From Candidatus Micrarchaeota archaeon (GTDB taxonomy: Archaea; Micrarchaeota; Micrarchaeia; Anstonellales; Bilamarchaeaceae), in NCBI GenBank assembly GCA_043809425.1, contig JAZDDV010000014.1, positions 1 to 51,077 on the forward strand: a stretch of 51,077 bases of DNA. The letters run 5' to 3'. Below, piece after piece: positions 29,156-39,813 of the stretch (positions are counted from its first letter, which is position 1; every line of letters begins with the position of its first letter). The position numbers and the translations under genes are program-made. The notes beneath the pieces are model-generated. The model was not told the DNA's origin and made no database searches. It saw only the letters and a program-made list of their open reading frames with translations.

Positions 29156-30388
29156 TTACCCTACTAGTTGAACATCAGAGAACGCGATTCGCGGAGCTAT
29201 AAAACCGCCAAGGTTCTTCTGCTTCTTTCCTATGCCATATATGTTGCTAAAAAGGTTAAATATGTTTCCTGTCAGCATGAAGCCGCGCACCGGCTCTTGT
29301 TTTCCGTTTTTTGTGAGAAATGCGGCGTTAACTTCCACTCCGAAATCGCCTGTTGTAGTATTAGCCGTGTGCGAACCGTGGAACGAACGGATGAGCACGT
29401 CGCCCTCTTCTTCGCCCAGGTTGCCTGGCTTGATTACGATGTTGGAAAATCCGATTGCCGGCTGGCCGGCATAGCCAGCGCGATTGCAATTGCCACGTGC
29501 CGACACTCCTTCAAGCGATGCTATTTCCAGATTGTAGGTGAAGTTTTTGACAATGCCGTTTTCCACTAGCGGCATTTTTGCTGATGGCACGCCTTCGTCG
29601 TCAAACGGTCTGGAGTTAACTGCTGTAGCAACAAACGGGTCATCCAGAATGCTTAGCTTGCTGCTGAACATTTGCTTGCCGACTTTATCATGCAGCAGAC
29701 TTATCTTTCTCTTTTTCCATTCGCCGCTGAAAGACGGCGCAAGAATTTCGAACAGACTTCCAAATGTCTCGGGCTCAAATGCCACAAGATATTTTCCGCT
29801 TTCGATTTTCTTCGGCGATTTCATACGGCGCGCCATTTCCGCAGCCTCTTCGCCAGCTGCATAGAATTGCTTTGCAGTGGGCAGCTGCTGGAATGCATTT
29901 GCAAATAAACCAAAACCGTCTCCGTCCATCACTTCAACAAAGAATTGCACTGCTGTGGAATCGTATTCGCCTGCAAAGCCAGCAGAATTTTCCAGTTTTG
30001 TTTTTGCAGCAGATGTCTCCATCATCAGCTGCGCATTGCCGCCGTATTTTTCCGCACCGTCGCGCACCTGCTCAAACATTTCCCTAAGCTCGCCAATCTC
30101 CAGCTGCTGGATTTTTTTATCTGCCAGCTGCATTTTCCTGAACTTGGCAGCTGGAGGAAATTCAAAGCGAGGACGTGGCGAATATTTTGCAGCCTCTGCA
30201 GCGCGGACTTCTGCCTTTGCTAGGTCTTTCTCATCCTCTGCATAGGAAAAGCCAAGCCCGCCTGACTTAAGCACGCGGATGCCGTAGCCAGCTGCCTCGG
30301 ACTGGGACCGGACTTTGAGATATTTTGCCGAATAGGAAAGGGAAATCGAGCGATCGCTGATAAAAAATAGCTCTTTGCCATCAACCAT
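29156..30388 (-). CDS. TldD/PmbA family protein
   Basis: GYGIRVL...GFSY, PFDDEGVP, ANTTTGDF and PVRGFMLTGN motifs. Confidence 0.9.
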   Translation of the reverse strand: MVDGKELFFISDRSISLSYSAKYLKVRSQSEAAGYGIRVLKSGGLGFSYAEDEKDLAKAEVRAAEAAKYSPRPRFEFPPAAKFRKMQLADKKIQQLEIGELREMFEQVRDGAEKYGGNAQLMMETSAAKTKLENSAGFAGEYDSTAVQFFVEVMDGDGFGLFANAFQQLPTAKQFYAAGEEAAEMARRMKSPKKIESGKYLVAFEPETFGSLFEILAPSFSGEWKKRKISLLHDKVGKQMFSSKLSILDDPFVATAVNSRPFDDEGVPSAKMPLVENGIVKNFTYNLEIASLEGVSARGNCNRAGYAGQPAIGFSNIVIKPGNLGEEEGDVLIRSFHGSHTANTTTGDFGVEVNAAFLTKNGKQEPVRGFMLTGNIFNLFSNIYGIGKKQKNLGGFIAPRIAFSDVQLVG

Positions 30389-30421
30389 AGCTTTTAATTT
30401 CTATTCTGACTTTTTAAACCT

Positions 30422-30958
30422 ATGGAAACGAAAAGGCTTTTTGTTGCCGTTGAGCTGCCTGCTGAGCTGCGGAAAGAGCTGCATAAATTCAGCGCAGCTT
30501 TGGACCAGGAGGGCATAAAACGCGTAGCAGAAGACAATCTGCACCTGACGCTGCGCTTCATCGGCGAAGTGCCTATTACCGTCGTACCGGAAATAATTGG
30601 AAAGCTGCAGCACGTGGAATTCACCAGCTTCACTGCAACAATCAAAACAGTTGGCGCCTTCCCAAATATTAATCATGTTAATATAGTCTGGGTCGGCCTG
30701 GAAAGTGAACAGATGCCAGCGCTGGCTACAGCAGTAGTAAGCCGGCTAAAAGGCATAGGCAAGGAAGACGAACGGCCGTTCTCTGCGCACCTGACAATTG
30801 CACGCCTTAAGCACAAAATGGATTTGCGCAAATTCATAGAAGACAACCGCAGCAAAGAATTCGGCAGCTTCACAGTCAGCAGCTTCACGCTGTTTGAAAG
30901 CAGGCTTACGCCGCAGGGCCCGGTTTACACTAGAGTAGCAGAATTCAAGGCGCAGTGA
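30422..30958 (+). CDS. thpR: RNA 2',3'-cyclic phosphodiesterase (2H family)
   Basis: RLFVAV, two HxT motifs (HLTL, HLTI) and FESRLTPQGPVY. Confidence 0.93.
   Translation: METKRLFVAVELPAELRKELHKFSAALDQEGIKRVAEDNLHLTLRFIGEVPITVVPEIIGKLQHVEFTSFTATIKTVGAFPNINHVNIVWVGLESEQMPALATAVVSRLKGIGKEDERPFSAHLTIARLKHKMDLRKFIEDNRSKEFGSFTVSSFTLFESRLTPQGPVYTRVAEFKAQ
30935..30956 (+). repeat. 22-bp direct repeat copy 1 (thpR 3' end)
   Basis: GTAGCAGAATTCAAGGCGCAGT, identical to 31724-31745. Confidence 0.9.
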
Positions 30959-31057
30959 AGAAACCCCAGGCACCACCTGAGTGCAGGTCCATGCCTTCTA
31001 CGCAGTGGGACCTTCTGCGTAGAGGTCTTTTTAAAGGCTGCATTGAAAAATTAAATC

Positions 31058-31660
31058 ATGATCACAACAATCATCTTCGATCTTTCAGAAGTATATTTAC
31101 AAGGACTTGCGGGCGTAGAACATTATCTGGAACCGATAATCAATATTAAAGCAAATGAAATTAAATCAGGAATCAGGGGACCGGAATTAATTGCTCTTTT
31201 TCATGGGGAACTTTCAGAAGAAGAATATTGGTTAAAAATTATCGAAAAAAACAACTGGAAAGTTGATGTTAATACGTTTAAGAAAGCAGTTCGTGACAAC
31301 TTTAAAGAAATCAAAGGAACAAGAGAAATTATAGAACAATTAAATGAAAATGGATTCAAACTGGGCTTATTGTCTGTACATACAAAGGAATGGATAGATC
31401 ATTGCCTTCAAAAATATGATTACCATAAATTATTCCACACCACATTATATTCTTTTGAGGTTGCAGCTTCAAAACCAGATAAAAAAGTCTATCACTTAAT
31501 CCTTCAAAGGCTAGGAGCAACACCCGAAGAATGTCTTTTCATTGATGATAATCCTAAGAATCTTGTTCCGGCTCAAGAGCTGGGCATAGCGACTATTCTT
31601 TTCAAGAACCCAGAACAGCTAAAAAAGGAATTGACTTCTTTGGGGATCAAGATTCACTAG
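31058..31660 (+). CDS. HAD-superfamily hydrolase
   Basis: IIFDLSEV, LLS, KPD and FIDDNPKN motifs; markedly AT-rich compared with its neighbours. Confidence 0.88.
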   Translation: MITTIIFDLSEVYLQGLAGVEHYLEPIINIKANEIKSGIRGPELIALFHGELSEEEYWLKIIEKNNWKVDVNTFKKAVRDNFKEIKGTREIIEQLNENGFKLGLLSVHTKEWIDHCLQKYDYHKLFHTTLYSFEVAASKPDKKVYHLILQRLGATPEECLFIDDNPKNLVPAQELGIATILFKNPEQLKKELTSLGIKIH

Positions 31661-31723
31661 ACGCGCCCATTGGGCAGAAATTTGCTCCAATCGGGAAGAC
31701 CTGAAGTTGAGCAGGATTGCAGG

Positions 31724-31745
31724 GTAGCAGAATTCAAGGCGCAGT
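31724..31745 (+). repeat. 22-bp direct repeat copy 2 (duplicated thpR 3' end; its last T begins a TAA)
   Basis: Identical to 30935-30956. Confidence 0.9.
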
Positions 31746-31747
31746 AA

Positions 31748-32410
31748 CTACTGATTCTGCAGATTGGCCAGCTTCTGTGCCTCGAGTTTGCGCTTGATTG
31801 ACTTGAGCGATACGAAGCTGTCTCTTTCCATTTCGTCAAGGCGGAATGAAATCATGTTCTTCTGCTCGTCCAGCCGAGGAATAAGCACAAACTCAAGCGC
31901 ATTAACACGCCTTTTCGTCTTCTCAATCTCAACAATAAGCCGCTTGATGGCAGTCTCGGTCTCCGCGAGCTTTATCACCATGTACAGCACTTCTTCGTAG
32001 TCCTGCACTGCCTGGTCGATTTTAGCGCTGGTCGCAGGCACCGAGTAGCTTGGCGCGCGGATAAAGTCCCGCTTTTCTAGTTTCGTCTCAATAGTCGGAA
32101 TCTTAACGCCCATGACGTTCTTCACTTCAACGTCCACTTCAATGGTCTTTCTCAGGTCCAGTGAAACTTTTTCCAGCTGGTGCACCGGATGATACAGCTG
32201 CGCGTAGCCAAGGGATTTGTAGGCAGCAGCCATCTGCTTGGCAAGCTGGCCGCGGAGGTCCTGCGCCTTCTTAAGGATTTTGAAAAACTCGAGGATAAGT
32301 GCATCACGCTTCTGCTTCAGGAGCTTGTGCCCCTTCCTGGCCAGCACTATCCGCTCCTTGGTCTTTATCAGTTCCATCCTCGTCGGATTCACATCAGTTG
32401 CCGCAGCCAT
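31748..32410 (-). CDS. atpD: A/V-type ATP synthase subunit D
   Basis: NPTRMEL, GHKLLKQKRDAL and TKRRVNALE motifs. Start ATG at 32410 or GTG at 32416. Confidence 0.95.
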   Translation of the reverse strand: MAAATDVNPTRMELIKTKERIVLARKGHKLLKQKRDALILEFFKILKKAQDLRGQLAKQMAAAYKSLGYAQLYHPVHQLEKVSLDLRKTIEVDVEVKNVMGVKIPTIETKLEKRDFIRAPSYSVPATSAKIDQAVQDYEEVLYMVIKLAETETAIKRLIVEIEKTKRRVNALEFVLIPRLDEQKNMISFRLDEMERDSFVSLKSIKRKLEAQKLANLQNQ

Positions 32411-32412
32411 TT

Positions 32413-33792
32413 TCACTCCTCTTTTTTCTTCGGAAGATATTTCGTAATGAACTCGCGCTTCACTCTCTTCAGCTCCTCTTCAGGAAGCAATGAAAGCAAA
32501 TCCCAGGCGATGGCCAGCGTCTTGTCAATGTCGCGGTCCTCATAGGCGCCTTGCTGCACGAATTTCTTTTCGAATTCATCAGCTACTTTCAGGTACTTCC
32601 TGTCAATGGCAGTAAGCGCTTCTTCGCCGACAACTGCGCTCAGGCTTCTCAAATCCCTGCCGTTTGCGTAGGACGCATACAGCTGGTCTGAAACGCCCTT
32701 GTGGTCTTCCCTTGTCTTGCCCGGACCAATACCCTGATTCATCAGTCGGGAAAGCGAAGGCAATACGTCCACAGGCGGATAGATATTCTTCCTGTGCAGA
32801 TCCCTGTTAAGTATAATTTGCCCTTCGGTAATGTAGCCGGTCAAATCTGGAATCGGATGGGTTTTATCATCGCCAGGCATAGTAAGGATAGGCAGCTGCG
32901 TCACCGAACCTTTTGAGCCCTTCACCCTTCCTGCCCTTTCGTAGATAGTTGACAAGTCAGTGTACATGTAACCCGGATAGCCACGTCGGCCAGGCACTTC
33001 GTTACGGGCAGAGGAAATCTCACGCAAAGCTTCTGCGTAGTTAGTCATGTCTGTGATAATGACCAGCACGTGCATGTCGTTCTCGTAAGCTAAATACTCT
33101 GCAGTAGTCAGCGCAAGCCTTGGCGTAATGATACGCTCAACTGAAGGATCGTCTGCCAGGTTAAGGAATAGCACGGCATTTTCCAATGCGCCTGTTTTCT
33201 CAAAGTCCCGGATGAAGAATGATGCCTCTTCGTGCGTAATGCCGACTGCTGCGAACACGACTGCGAACTTCTCGCCGCTGCCCCGCACCTTTGCCTGTCT
33301 TGCAATCTGCACGGCAAGCTGATTGTGTGGCAAACCTGCACCGGAGAAAATCGGCAGCTTCTGGCCGCGCACCAGCGTGTTCATCGCATCGATTGTGGAT
33401 ATACCAGTCTGGATGAATTCCGAAGGCATTTCACGCGAGTACGGATTAATAGGCAGACCGTTGATGTCAAGCTTCTCTTTTGGAATGACCTTCGGGCCCT
33501 TGTCCCTTGGCTCGCCAAGGCCAGTAAACGCCCGGCCAAGCATGTCTGTGCTCAGGCCGATTCGCATGGTTTCTCCAAGGAATCTTACTGACGTATCTTT
33601 CGTGTTGATGCCAGTTGTCTGGCCGAACACCTGGATGACTGCAATGCTCTCGCTTATGTCCAGCACCTGCCCTTTGCGCTTCTCGCCGTCAGGCATCATG
33701 ATTTCCACGATTTCGCCGTAGGCAACGCCGCTGATGTCTGAAACGAAAACAAGCGGACCTGCAATCTGATTAATTGTTTTGTATTCTTTCAT
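32413..33792 (-). CDS. atpB: A/V-type ATP synthase subunit B
   Basis: [23 protein letters not shown] and [15 protein letters not shown] motifs. Confidence 0.97.
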   Translation of the reverse strand: MKEYKTINQIAGPLVFVSDISGVAYGEIVEIMMPDGEKRKGQVLDISESIAVIQVFGQTTGINTKDTSVRFLGETMRIGLSTDMLGRAFTGLGEPRDKGPKVIPKEKLDINGLPINPYSREMPSEFIQTGISTIDAMNTLVRGQKLPIFSGAGLPHNQLAVQIARQAKVRGSGEKFAVVFAAVGITHEEASFFIRDFEKTGALENAVLFLNLADDPSVERIITPRLALTTAEYLAYENDMHVLVIITDMTNYAEALREISSARNEVPGRRGYPGYMYTDLSTIYERAGRVKGSKGSVTQLPILTMPGDDKTHPIPDLTGYITEGQIILNRDLHRKNIYPPVDVLPSLSRLMNQGIGPGKTREDHKGVSDQLYASYANGRDLRSLSAVVGEEALTAIDRKYLKVADEFEKKFVQQGAYEDRDIDKTLAIAWDLLSLLPEEELKRVKREFITKYLPKKKEE

Positions 33793-33798
33793 GTCTTA

Positions 33799-35568
33799 TC
33801 ACCTTGATTTTATGACGTTCTCAAATTCATCGTCCATCTGCTTGGCCAATGCGTCGAACTCCTCGAGCTTGTTCTCGGGAATCTCCTTCATTCTGCCAAT
33901 TTTAGTCTTGGAAGGCAGCTCGTGAATCTTCTTCAGCTGCACGCCCAAATCAAGCGCAGCCACAGTGCGCTCGTCGTATTTGAGAATCGTCTTAAGCATC
34001 AGGTACTGTTTTTTCATAGAGCAGCGCGCGTCCACATCGCTGAAAGCGTTCTGCTGCAGATAATCTTCCCTGAGCATTTTAGTTACGAGCAATACGGCCT
34101 GCTCTTTTTCCGGCAAAGCGTCCGGACCGACCAGCTGCACCACTTCCTGCAGCTCTGATTCCTTCTGCAGCAGCACCATCGACTGCTTTACCATCTTCGG
34201 GAAGTCAGAAGAGATGTTCTCCAGGAACCACTCCTCCAGGCTGCCTGAATAAAGCGAATAGCTCTTCAGCCAGTTGAATGCCGGGAAGTGCCTTCTGTAG
34301 GCAAGCGATGAGTCCAGCGCAAGGAAAACTTTTGTAACACGCAACGTGTTCTGAGATACTGGCTCGGAGATATCGCCGCCAGGCGGTGAAACCGCTCCGA
34401 TAATTGTAACTGAGCCGTAGCGCTCATCAGTGCCCAGGCAGTGCACGCGGCCTGCGCGTTCATAGAACTCGGCAAGCTTTCTTGCCAAGTAGGCCGGATA
34501 TCCTTCTTCGCCAGGCATTTCTTCCAAACGACCGCCGATTTCACGCATAGCCTCTGCCCACCTGCTTGTCGAATCAGCCATCAAAGCAACGTCATACCCC
34601 ATGTCCCTGAAGTATTCTGCGATTGTAACGCCGGTGTAAACAGACGCTTCACGGGCTGCGACAGGCATGTTTGACGTATTTGCAATCAGCACTGTCCGTT
34701 CCATTAACGGCTTGTTGGTGTTCGGGTCAATAAGGTGCGGGAATTCCTTAAGCACCTCTGTCATTTCATTGCCGCGTTCTCCGCAGCCGATGTAAACCAC
34801 AATCTTCGTGTCTGAGTACTTGGCTAGACTGTGCTGCGTAACCGTCTTGCCTGAACCGAAGGGTCCTGGCACGCAGGCTGTTCCGCCTTTTGCAATCGGG
34901 AAGAACGTATCAATGACACGCTGCCCTGTGACCAGCGGAATTACCGGCGGCAGTTTCTCAATCACCGGCCGGGATTTTCTTACTGGCCACTTGTGCGAAA
35001 GCATGATTGGGAATTTCTTGCCTTCAGCTGCAATCACGCCGACTTTCTCATCAAGATTGAACTTGCCTGCGGAAATGCTTTCGATTTTGCCGTCATACAT
35101 GGAAAGTATGCGGTGCTCTATGACTTCGGTTTCCTGCACCGTGCCAAGTATGTCGCCTACTTTCACTCTCTGGTCTTTCTTGACCTTGGGCACAAAGTCC
35201 CATTTCTTTTTCCTGTCCAGCGGTGGCGCTTCAACTCCTCGTTTAATGAATGCGCCGCCGGAATTCTCTTCGATGATTTTCAGCGGCCTTTGGATGCCGT
35301 CGTAAATGCTTTTGAGAATGCCTGGGCCCAATTCCACTGAAAGCGGCTCGCCTGTGGAAGCAACTGGTTCGCCTGGCTTAAGGCCTGATGTGTCTTCGTA
35401 AACCTGAATGACTGCGATGTCGCCAACGATTTTGATGATTTCGCCGATAAGGCCCTCGTCGCCTACGCGCACCAAGTCGTATAACCGTGCGCCTGGCAAC
35501 CTGCCTTCGACGACCGGACCTGAAATTCTTCGTATTGTTCCTGAAACCTTCTTTATTTCTGCCATCAT
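33799..35568 (-). CDS. atpA: A/V-type ATP synthase subunit A
   Basis: [17 protein letters not shown] and [12 protein letters not shown] motifs; start chosen after GAGGTG RBS. Confidence 0.97.
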   Translation of the reverse strand: MMAEIKKVSGTIRRISGPVVEGRLPGARLYDLVRVGDEGLIGEIIKIVGDIAVIQVYEDTSGLKPGEPVASTGEPLSVELGPGILKSIYDGIQRPLKIIEENSGGAFIKRGVEAPPLDRKKKWDFVPKVKKDQRVKVGDILGTVQETEVIEHRILSMYDGKIESISAGKFNLDEKVGVIAAEGKKFPIMLSHKWPVRKSRPVIEKLPPVIPLVTGQRVIDTFFPIAKGGTACVPGPFGSGKTVTQHSLAKYSDTKIVVYIGCGERGNEMTEVLKEFPHLIDPNTNKPLMERTVLIANTSNMPVAAREASVYTGVTIAEYFRDMGYDVALMADSTSRWAEAMREIGGRLEEMPGEEGYPAYLARKLAEFYERAGRVHCLGTDERYGSVTIIGAVSPPGGDISEPVSQNTLRVTKVFLALDSSLAYRRHFPAFNWLKSYSLYSGSLEEWFLENISSDFPKMVKQSMVLLQKESELQEVVQLVGPDALPEKEQAVLLVTKMLREDYLQQNAFSDVDARCSMKKQYLMLKTILKYDERTVAALDLGVQLKKIHELPSKTKIGRMKEIPENKLEEFDALAKQMDDEFENVIKSR

Positions 35569-35584
35569 AACACCTCGATAAATA

Positions 35585-35905
35585 TCATTTCTTTCCCAGG
35601 TCAAAGCCCAGTGCACGCTTAATCATGCCGCGGATTTCGTCGCCCTCTGCGCTCGTGCCCGAATAGTCAGGCATCGGAATGAGCACCGGATAGGCAATGG
35701 AATCAAGCTTTTTCCTAAGCCTCCAATCTATCTTATTCAATAAATATTCGTTAACGACGAGGATGCCGAATTCAGTGCGGCCAAGCGCCTCTTCCAGGCG
35801 GCCCTGGAACCCAGTATTATCAGTGGCCCAGCAGTCTTCTATGCCTGCCAGTCGCATGCCCGTTACAAGAGGCATATCCCCGATCACAAGTATTTTTGCC
35901 TTCAT
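35585..35905 (-). CDS. atpF: A/V-type ATP synthase subunit F
   Basis: VIGD...GMRLAGI and IKRALGFD motifs; operon position. Confidence 0.9.
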   Translation of the reverse strand: MKAKILVIGDMPLVTGMRLAGIEDCWATDNTGFQGRLEEALGRTEFGILVVNEYLLNKIDWRLRKKLDSIAYPVLIPMPDYSGTSAEGDEIRGMIKRALGFDLGKK

Positions 35906-35913
35906 GAAGCCAC

Positions 35914-36999
35914 CTACAGAGTAACGAGCATCTTCTTGACCTCGTCCTCCGGTATGTTGAATTCCTTTGACTTTGCTATTTTCCTCAAATTATGCATTTC
36001 CTCTTCCTTGACCAGCAGGAAACCCATCACCACGCCGATGGAAAGAATGCTGCGGTGGAATGAAGCCAGCTTGTCTTTTGCCAATGCTTTTTCAAATGCG
36101 ATTTCCAAATCAGACAGCGTGTAATCTTCTGCCAGCTCCACTTTCCTGAATTTGGATTTTATTATGGTGAGAGAACTTTTCCTGTCTTTTGCATCTGCCA
36201 GTCGATCGATGAAGCTGGTACGCAGCGTACCGCCTTTGAGCAGGTACTTGTCAATCTCGCTTTTCTGGAAATTGTGCGCCTTAAGCCTTTCCACTATCAT
36301 GACGTTGCGCGTATCAATTTCCCGCTGCAGTATGGTGCGTATTGCGCTTATCTCCTTGCCGCCCACTGTCGCCAGTCCTTTATCCATAAATAGATACGTA
36401 TACGCATCAAGGATGCTTTCCAGCTGCAGAAACGTGTCCATGTTCTTCAGCGCATTGTTGAAAACGTCTCGCATGTGCTTGCTGAATGCTGCTGTACTGA
36501 CAGAAAGCATTTCCTTTCCGATTGCCGTGTGCTTTATTTCGCTGAACACATTGTCGCTGTCTGCCTTAAGCAAACGGTCGATGTCCGACTCAGTCAAACC
36601 GCCTACGGCAAACAAATACGGCCGTATGCGCTCGGATTTAACGCCTGCGGATTTCGCATGTATTATGGTCTTGATATTAAGCAAATCCCATTTCCTGAGA
36701 AGCGCCTGCACTGCCGGCAAATCATCCTTCGGAGCAAAGCGCAGTATTTTCTGCACTGTTCTTGAGAAGTTTCTCGCCGAGGCAATCTCCAGCATGTCCG
36801 AGCCGCCGTAGCCGGACAGCCCTTCGAAATCTTTCTTGTAGCCGGTGCGCTGAAGCAACTCGATCATCGCGGCAACGGATTTGACTTTTATCATCTCCTC
36901 GAACTCCTGATTCTTGATCAGCAGCCCTTTCATTGCCTTGACGCGTGAATTCGCGTAGCCGTACTTAAGCGCACGCGATTCTATCTTCGGAAGTTTCAT
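35914..36999 (-). CDS. atpC: A/V-type ATP synthase subunit C
   Basis: YGYANSRVKAM, WDLLNIKT and KEEEMHNLRKI motifs. Confidence 0.9.
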   Translation of the reverse strand: MKLPKIESRALKYGYANSRVKAMKGLLIKNQEFEEMIKVKSVAAMIELLQRTGYKKDFEGLSGYGGSDMLEIASARNFSRTVQKILRFAPKDDLPAVQALLRKWDLLNIKTIIHAKSAGVKSERIRPYLFAVGGLTESDIDRLLKADSDNVFSEIKHTAIGKEMLSVSTAAFSKHMRDVFNNALKNMDTFLQLESILDAYTYLFMDKGLATVGGKEISAIRTILQREIDTRNVMIVERLKAHNFQKSEIDKYLLKGGTLRTSFIDRLADAKDRKSSLTIIKSKFRKVELAEDYTLSDLEIAFEKALAKDKLASFHRSILSIGVVMGFLLVKEEEMHNLRKIAKSKEFNIPEDEVKKMLVTL

Positions 37000-37015
37000 C
37001 GCACCATCTGCCTCT

Positions 37016-37582
37016 TCACTTCTTGCCGAACATCTCGTCGGATATCTCCCTTCTCAGCTCGTCCGCCCTGGTTTCAAAGAGCGTTTCAAGCCTCAGGTCA
37101 ACGCGCATTTTGCCGTCGTTGCTCTCCACGATCGCTCCGCCCATTGCATCCAGGTCCTCGCTTAGCGGGACCTTGATTTTTGGGAACAGCTTCTTCTCGC
37201 CCTTGAGCACGTGCACCGTCGCGTTTCCGCCCAGCTCGTCCACTGCCGCGGCAACTGCCTTGGAAATGTAGCTGGCGTACTCCTTGGATTTGCGCACGTC
37301 CGGCGCCATCTCGTAGAGTTCGTCCAGTGCCACCTTTATCGCGTCTTCGCGCGCTTCCGCGTGGACTCGCTTGGCCTCGAGGCGTGCCCAGGCAAGCCGC
37401 TCGTTGCGCTGCTCTCCGAGGACTTTCTTCACGTCCTCTTCTGCGCGCAGCTTCAGCTCACCCTCTTTCTTGCGCTCCTCTTTGACCATCTCGTCCACGT
37501 GCCATTTGGCACTAGCGACGATCTTAACCGCCTCGTCCTCCGCTTCCTTGAGCAGGGAAGAGGTCAGCTTTTCGATTCCCAT
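37016..37582 (-). CDS. atpE: A/V-type ATP synthase subunit E
   Basis: MGIEKL start, charged helix, MGGAIVES.DG motif; operon position. Confidence 0.88.
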   Translation of the reverse strand: MGIEKLTSSLLKEAEDEAVKIVASAKWHVDEMVKEERKKEGELKLRAEEDVKKVLGEQRNERLAWARLEAKRVHAEAREDAIKVALDELYEMAPDVRKSKEYASYISKAVAAAVDELGGNATVHVLKGEKKLFPKIKVPLSEDLDAMGGAIVESNDGKMRVDLRLETLFETRADELRREISDEMFGKK

Positions 37583-37638
37583 CGTTTCACCCTGCGGTGA
37601 AATGCCAATGGCACCTCACCGGCTGCGAGCAACTGTCT

Positions 37639-37881
37639 TTACTTGACAGCGCCGATCAGCAGGAATGCGACGATGAAACCGAATAACGCCAGGATTTCCG
37701 GCAGGACGATGTAAATTAACACGTTCTTCTCGAACTCAGGCCTTTCGGCGACTACGCCCATGGCTGCTGAACCCAGAGAACCCTGGGACCAGGCTGCTGC
37801 GAGAGCGCTAAGACCCATTGCCAATCCTGCACCGAGTGCCGCACCGGCACCAACCGGCAAACTCGAAATTGTATCTACCAT
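37639..37881 (-). CDS. atpK: A-type ATP synthase proteolipid subunit K (c), single hairpin
   Basis: Two hydrophobic helices with AERPE loop and essential Glu in LPEIL. Confidence 0.93.
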   Translation of the reverse strand: MVDTISSLPVGAGAALGAGLAMGLSALAAAWSQGSLGSAAMGVVAERPEFEKNVLIYIVLPEILALFGFIVAFLLIGAVK

Positions 37882-37892
37882 ATATTTTCACC

Positions 37893-39803
37893 TCAATATT
37901 TTTTTGAGCGTAAACTGAACGGGGCAAAGGGCATTCCTCCGCCGTCCACGAACTTTGACTTGAATTCGATTACATTAAGCCTGCCGCCCTGAATTAATGC
38001 TTCGAACATGGCGATGAAAGCATTCACGCCATGCAATGCAAGCAGCACAGGCAGCAGGAGCAGACCCATCAGCAGGCCGTTGGCCGCAGTAGGCATGAAA
38101 AACTCGTTGATTATTTCCGCAAGGACAACGCCGACTACGCCGACAGCTGCAATTCTCGCGTAGGAAAGGACATTGCCTGCCAATCCTGGCAGCTCAAGAG
38201 CGCCGATTATGCCTTCGGTAAGCACCAGCCCGATTATTGAAATGATAAGCACTGCCACGGCAGGCATCAAGAACGCAGCAGGCAGCACCGGAATTACGGT
38301 GCAGCAAACAGCCGCAGTGCCGCTTAGCAGCACGCCAAGCCAGGCAAGCTTTGCATAGGCATGCTTGCGGTGATGATTCCAGTTCTTTAGCGCGCCAAGC
38401 GCAAAGCCCAGTGAAAGATGCAGGAATCCTGCAAGCAATGTGACGCCAAGCACCAGCGGGAACTGTTCCAGCCTGCTCAGGCCTTCGTAAGCCAGGAAGC
38501 CGTATTCAGGTATGTGCAGACCCCACTCGCCCAGGAATTTAACCCAGTGCTCAAGCGTGAAGCCACCCCATTCGTTGAAGATAATGCCGAAAATGATCGT
38601 CGGTATGGCTGAATAGAGCCATAGTTTGCTGACACTCTGCATGGTCTCGCTGTTCTTGAATTTCTTCATGAACCATTGCGCAATGAATATGGATAGTATA
38701 CCGTAGAGCACGTCGCCGACAATCATGCCGTAGAGAATCGGCAGCGTTATGAAATAAATCATGGTCGGATCAAATTCAAAGTAATTGGGAAGCGAATAGC
38801 TTTTTGTCACGAACTCCAGTGGCCCGGCAATCGGCGGGTTGTCAAGGATTACCGGCGGACTTTCCGTATGCTCGTCGATTTCAGCCTCCTGCAGCACCAC
38901 CGCATCTTCAAAGCGGCTTAGCGAACCTTCCAGCTTTCCATAGTCCGCGTCCTTCAGCCATCCTTCTATGATCAGCACTTTCTTGGATTTTCCGAATTTG
39001 GATGCGATTTCCGCGCGGTCTGATTCGATGGAAAGCGCCGCGTACAGCGCAAGCAGCTTCTTGCCGTCTTTTGCCGCGATTTCTGCAAACTCTTTTTCGA
39101 TGGCAGCTATCTTCAGCCTGCTGTCAGCCATCTGCTTTGAGATTGCTGCAACAGTAGCTGCTGCGTGAGTAGTTAATTCAGGAATCTGCAACTGGGAAAA
39201 GCCGAACTCGGTGAAAAGGCCTTCAAGCGCCTCGCCCCTTGGATAGACGAGCAAGGCAAGGCTGTTGCTGCCTTTCTGCTTATCCGGCATTATTATATTA
39301 TAGTATTTTAGCTGCGCCTCAAGCTTTGATTTGAATGCAGGCAATTTTGCTGCGGATATTTCACCTACGGCATAATCCAGCATCCGGGTTTTCAGCTTGC
39401 TGAAATCAATGTCCTTGAAGATTGCCAGCCTTTCTGCAATCGCCTGCTGCGTAATGAGCTGTTTTATCTGCTCTTCCAGGTCGCCGCGCTCGTTGAGCAG
39501 CGAATTTATCCTGCTGCCTTCCCCATCGCTTACTTTTTTTGCCTCTGAAATAAGCATGTCAACGCTTTCTGCTTTCGGCTCCTCGCTTCCTGTTAGCTTA
39601 AGTGCGGAAATCATGCCACGCAATCGAAGCAGTGCTTCGGAAACGCTTTCAAATGCGGGAAGCGGCCGCCCTTCACCCAGGCCTGGCGCGTCAAACTTCT
39701 TTATTTCCACTGTGCCCAGTTCGTGAAGCAGCCTTATCACTCCCGGACCTACTGAATGTAGTGCGAATATTCTGACTTTCTTCATCCTCGCCGGTTTGAA
39801 CAT
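37893..39803 (-). CDS. atpI: A/V-type ATP synthase subunit I (a)
   Basis: MFKPARM start, DPT, GDVLYG and LSYARIAA (essential Arg) motifs. Confidence 0.94.
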   Translation of the reverse strand: MFKPARMKKVRIFALHSVGPGVIRLLHELGTVEIKKFDAPGLGEGRPLPAFESVSEALLRLRGMISALKLTGSEEPKAESVDMLISEAKKVSDGEGSRINSLLNERGDLEEQIKQLITQQAIAERLAIFKDIDFSKLKTRMLDYAVGEISAAKLPAFKSKLEAQLKYYNIIMPDKQKGSNSLALLVYPRGEALEGLFTEFGFSQLQIPELTTHAAATVAAISKQMADSRLKIAAIEKEFAEIAAKDGKKLLALYAALSIESDRAEIASKFGKSKKVLIIEGWLKDADYGKLEGSLSRFEDAVVLQEAEIDEHTESPPVILDNPPIAGPLEFVTKSYSLPNYFEFDPTMIYFITLPILYGMIVGDVLYGILSIFIAQWFMKKFKNSETMQSVSKLWLYSAIPTIIFGIIFNEWGGFTLEHWVKFLGEWGLHIPEYGFLAYEGLSRLEQFPLVLGVTLLAGFLHLSLGFALGALKNWNHHRKHAYAKLAWLGVLLSGTAAVCCTVIPVLPAAFLMPAVAVLIISIIGLVLTEGIIGALELPGLAGNVLSYARIAAVGVVGVVLAEIINEFFMPTAANGLLMGLLLLPVLLALHGVNAFIAMFEALIQGGRLNVIEFKSKFVDGGGMPFAPFSLRSKKY

Positions 39804-39813
39804 GTTGCTCACT

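Noticed and set aside
35569-35616. N-terminal extension of atpA (likewise atpI to 39860, atpH to 40179 and the 18013 start)
   Set aside because: Extensions overlap upstream genes or promoter sequence; downstream starts fit the RBS or family N-termini better.
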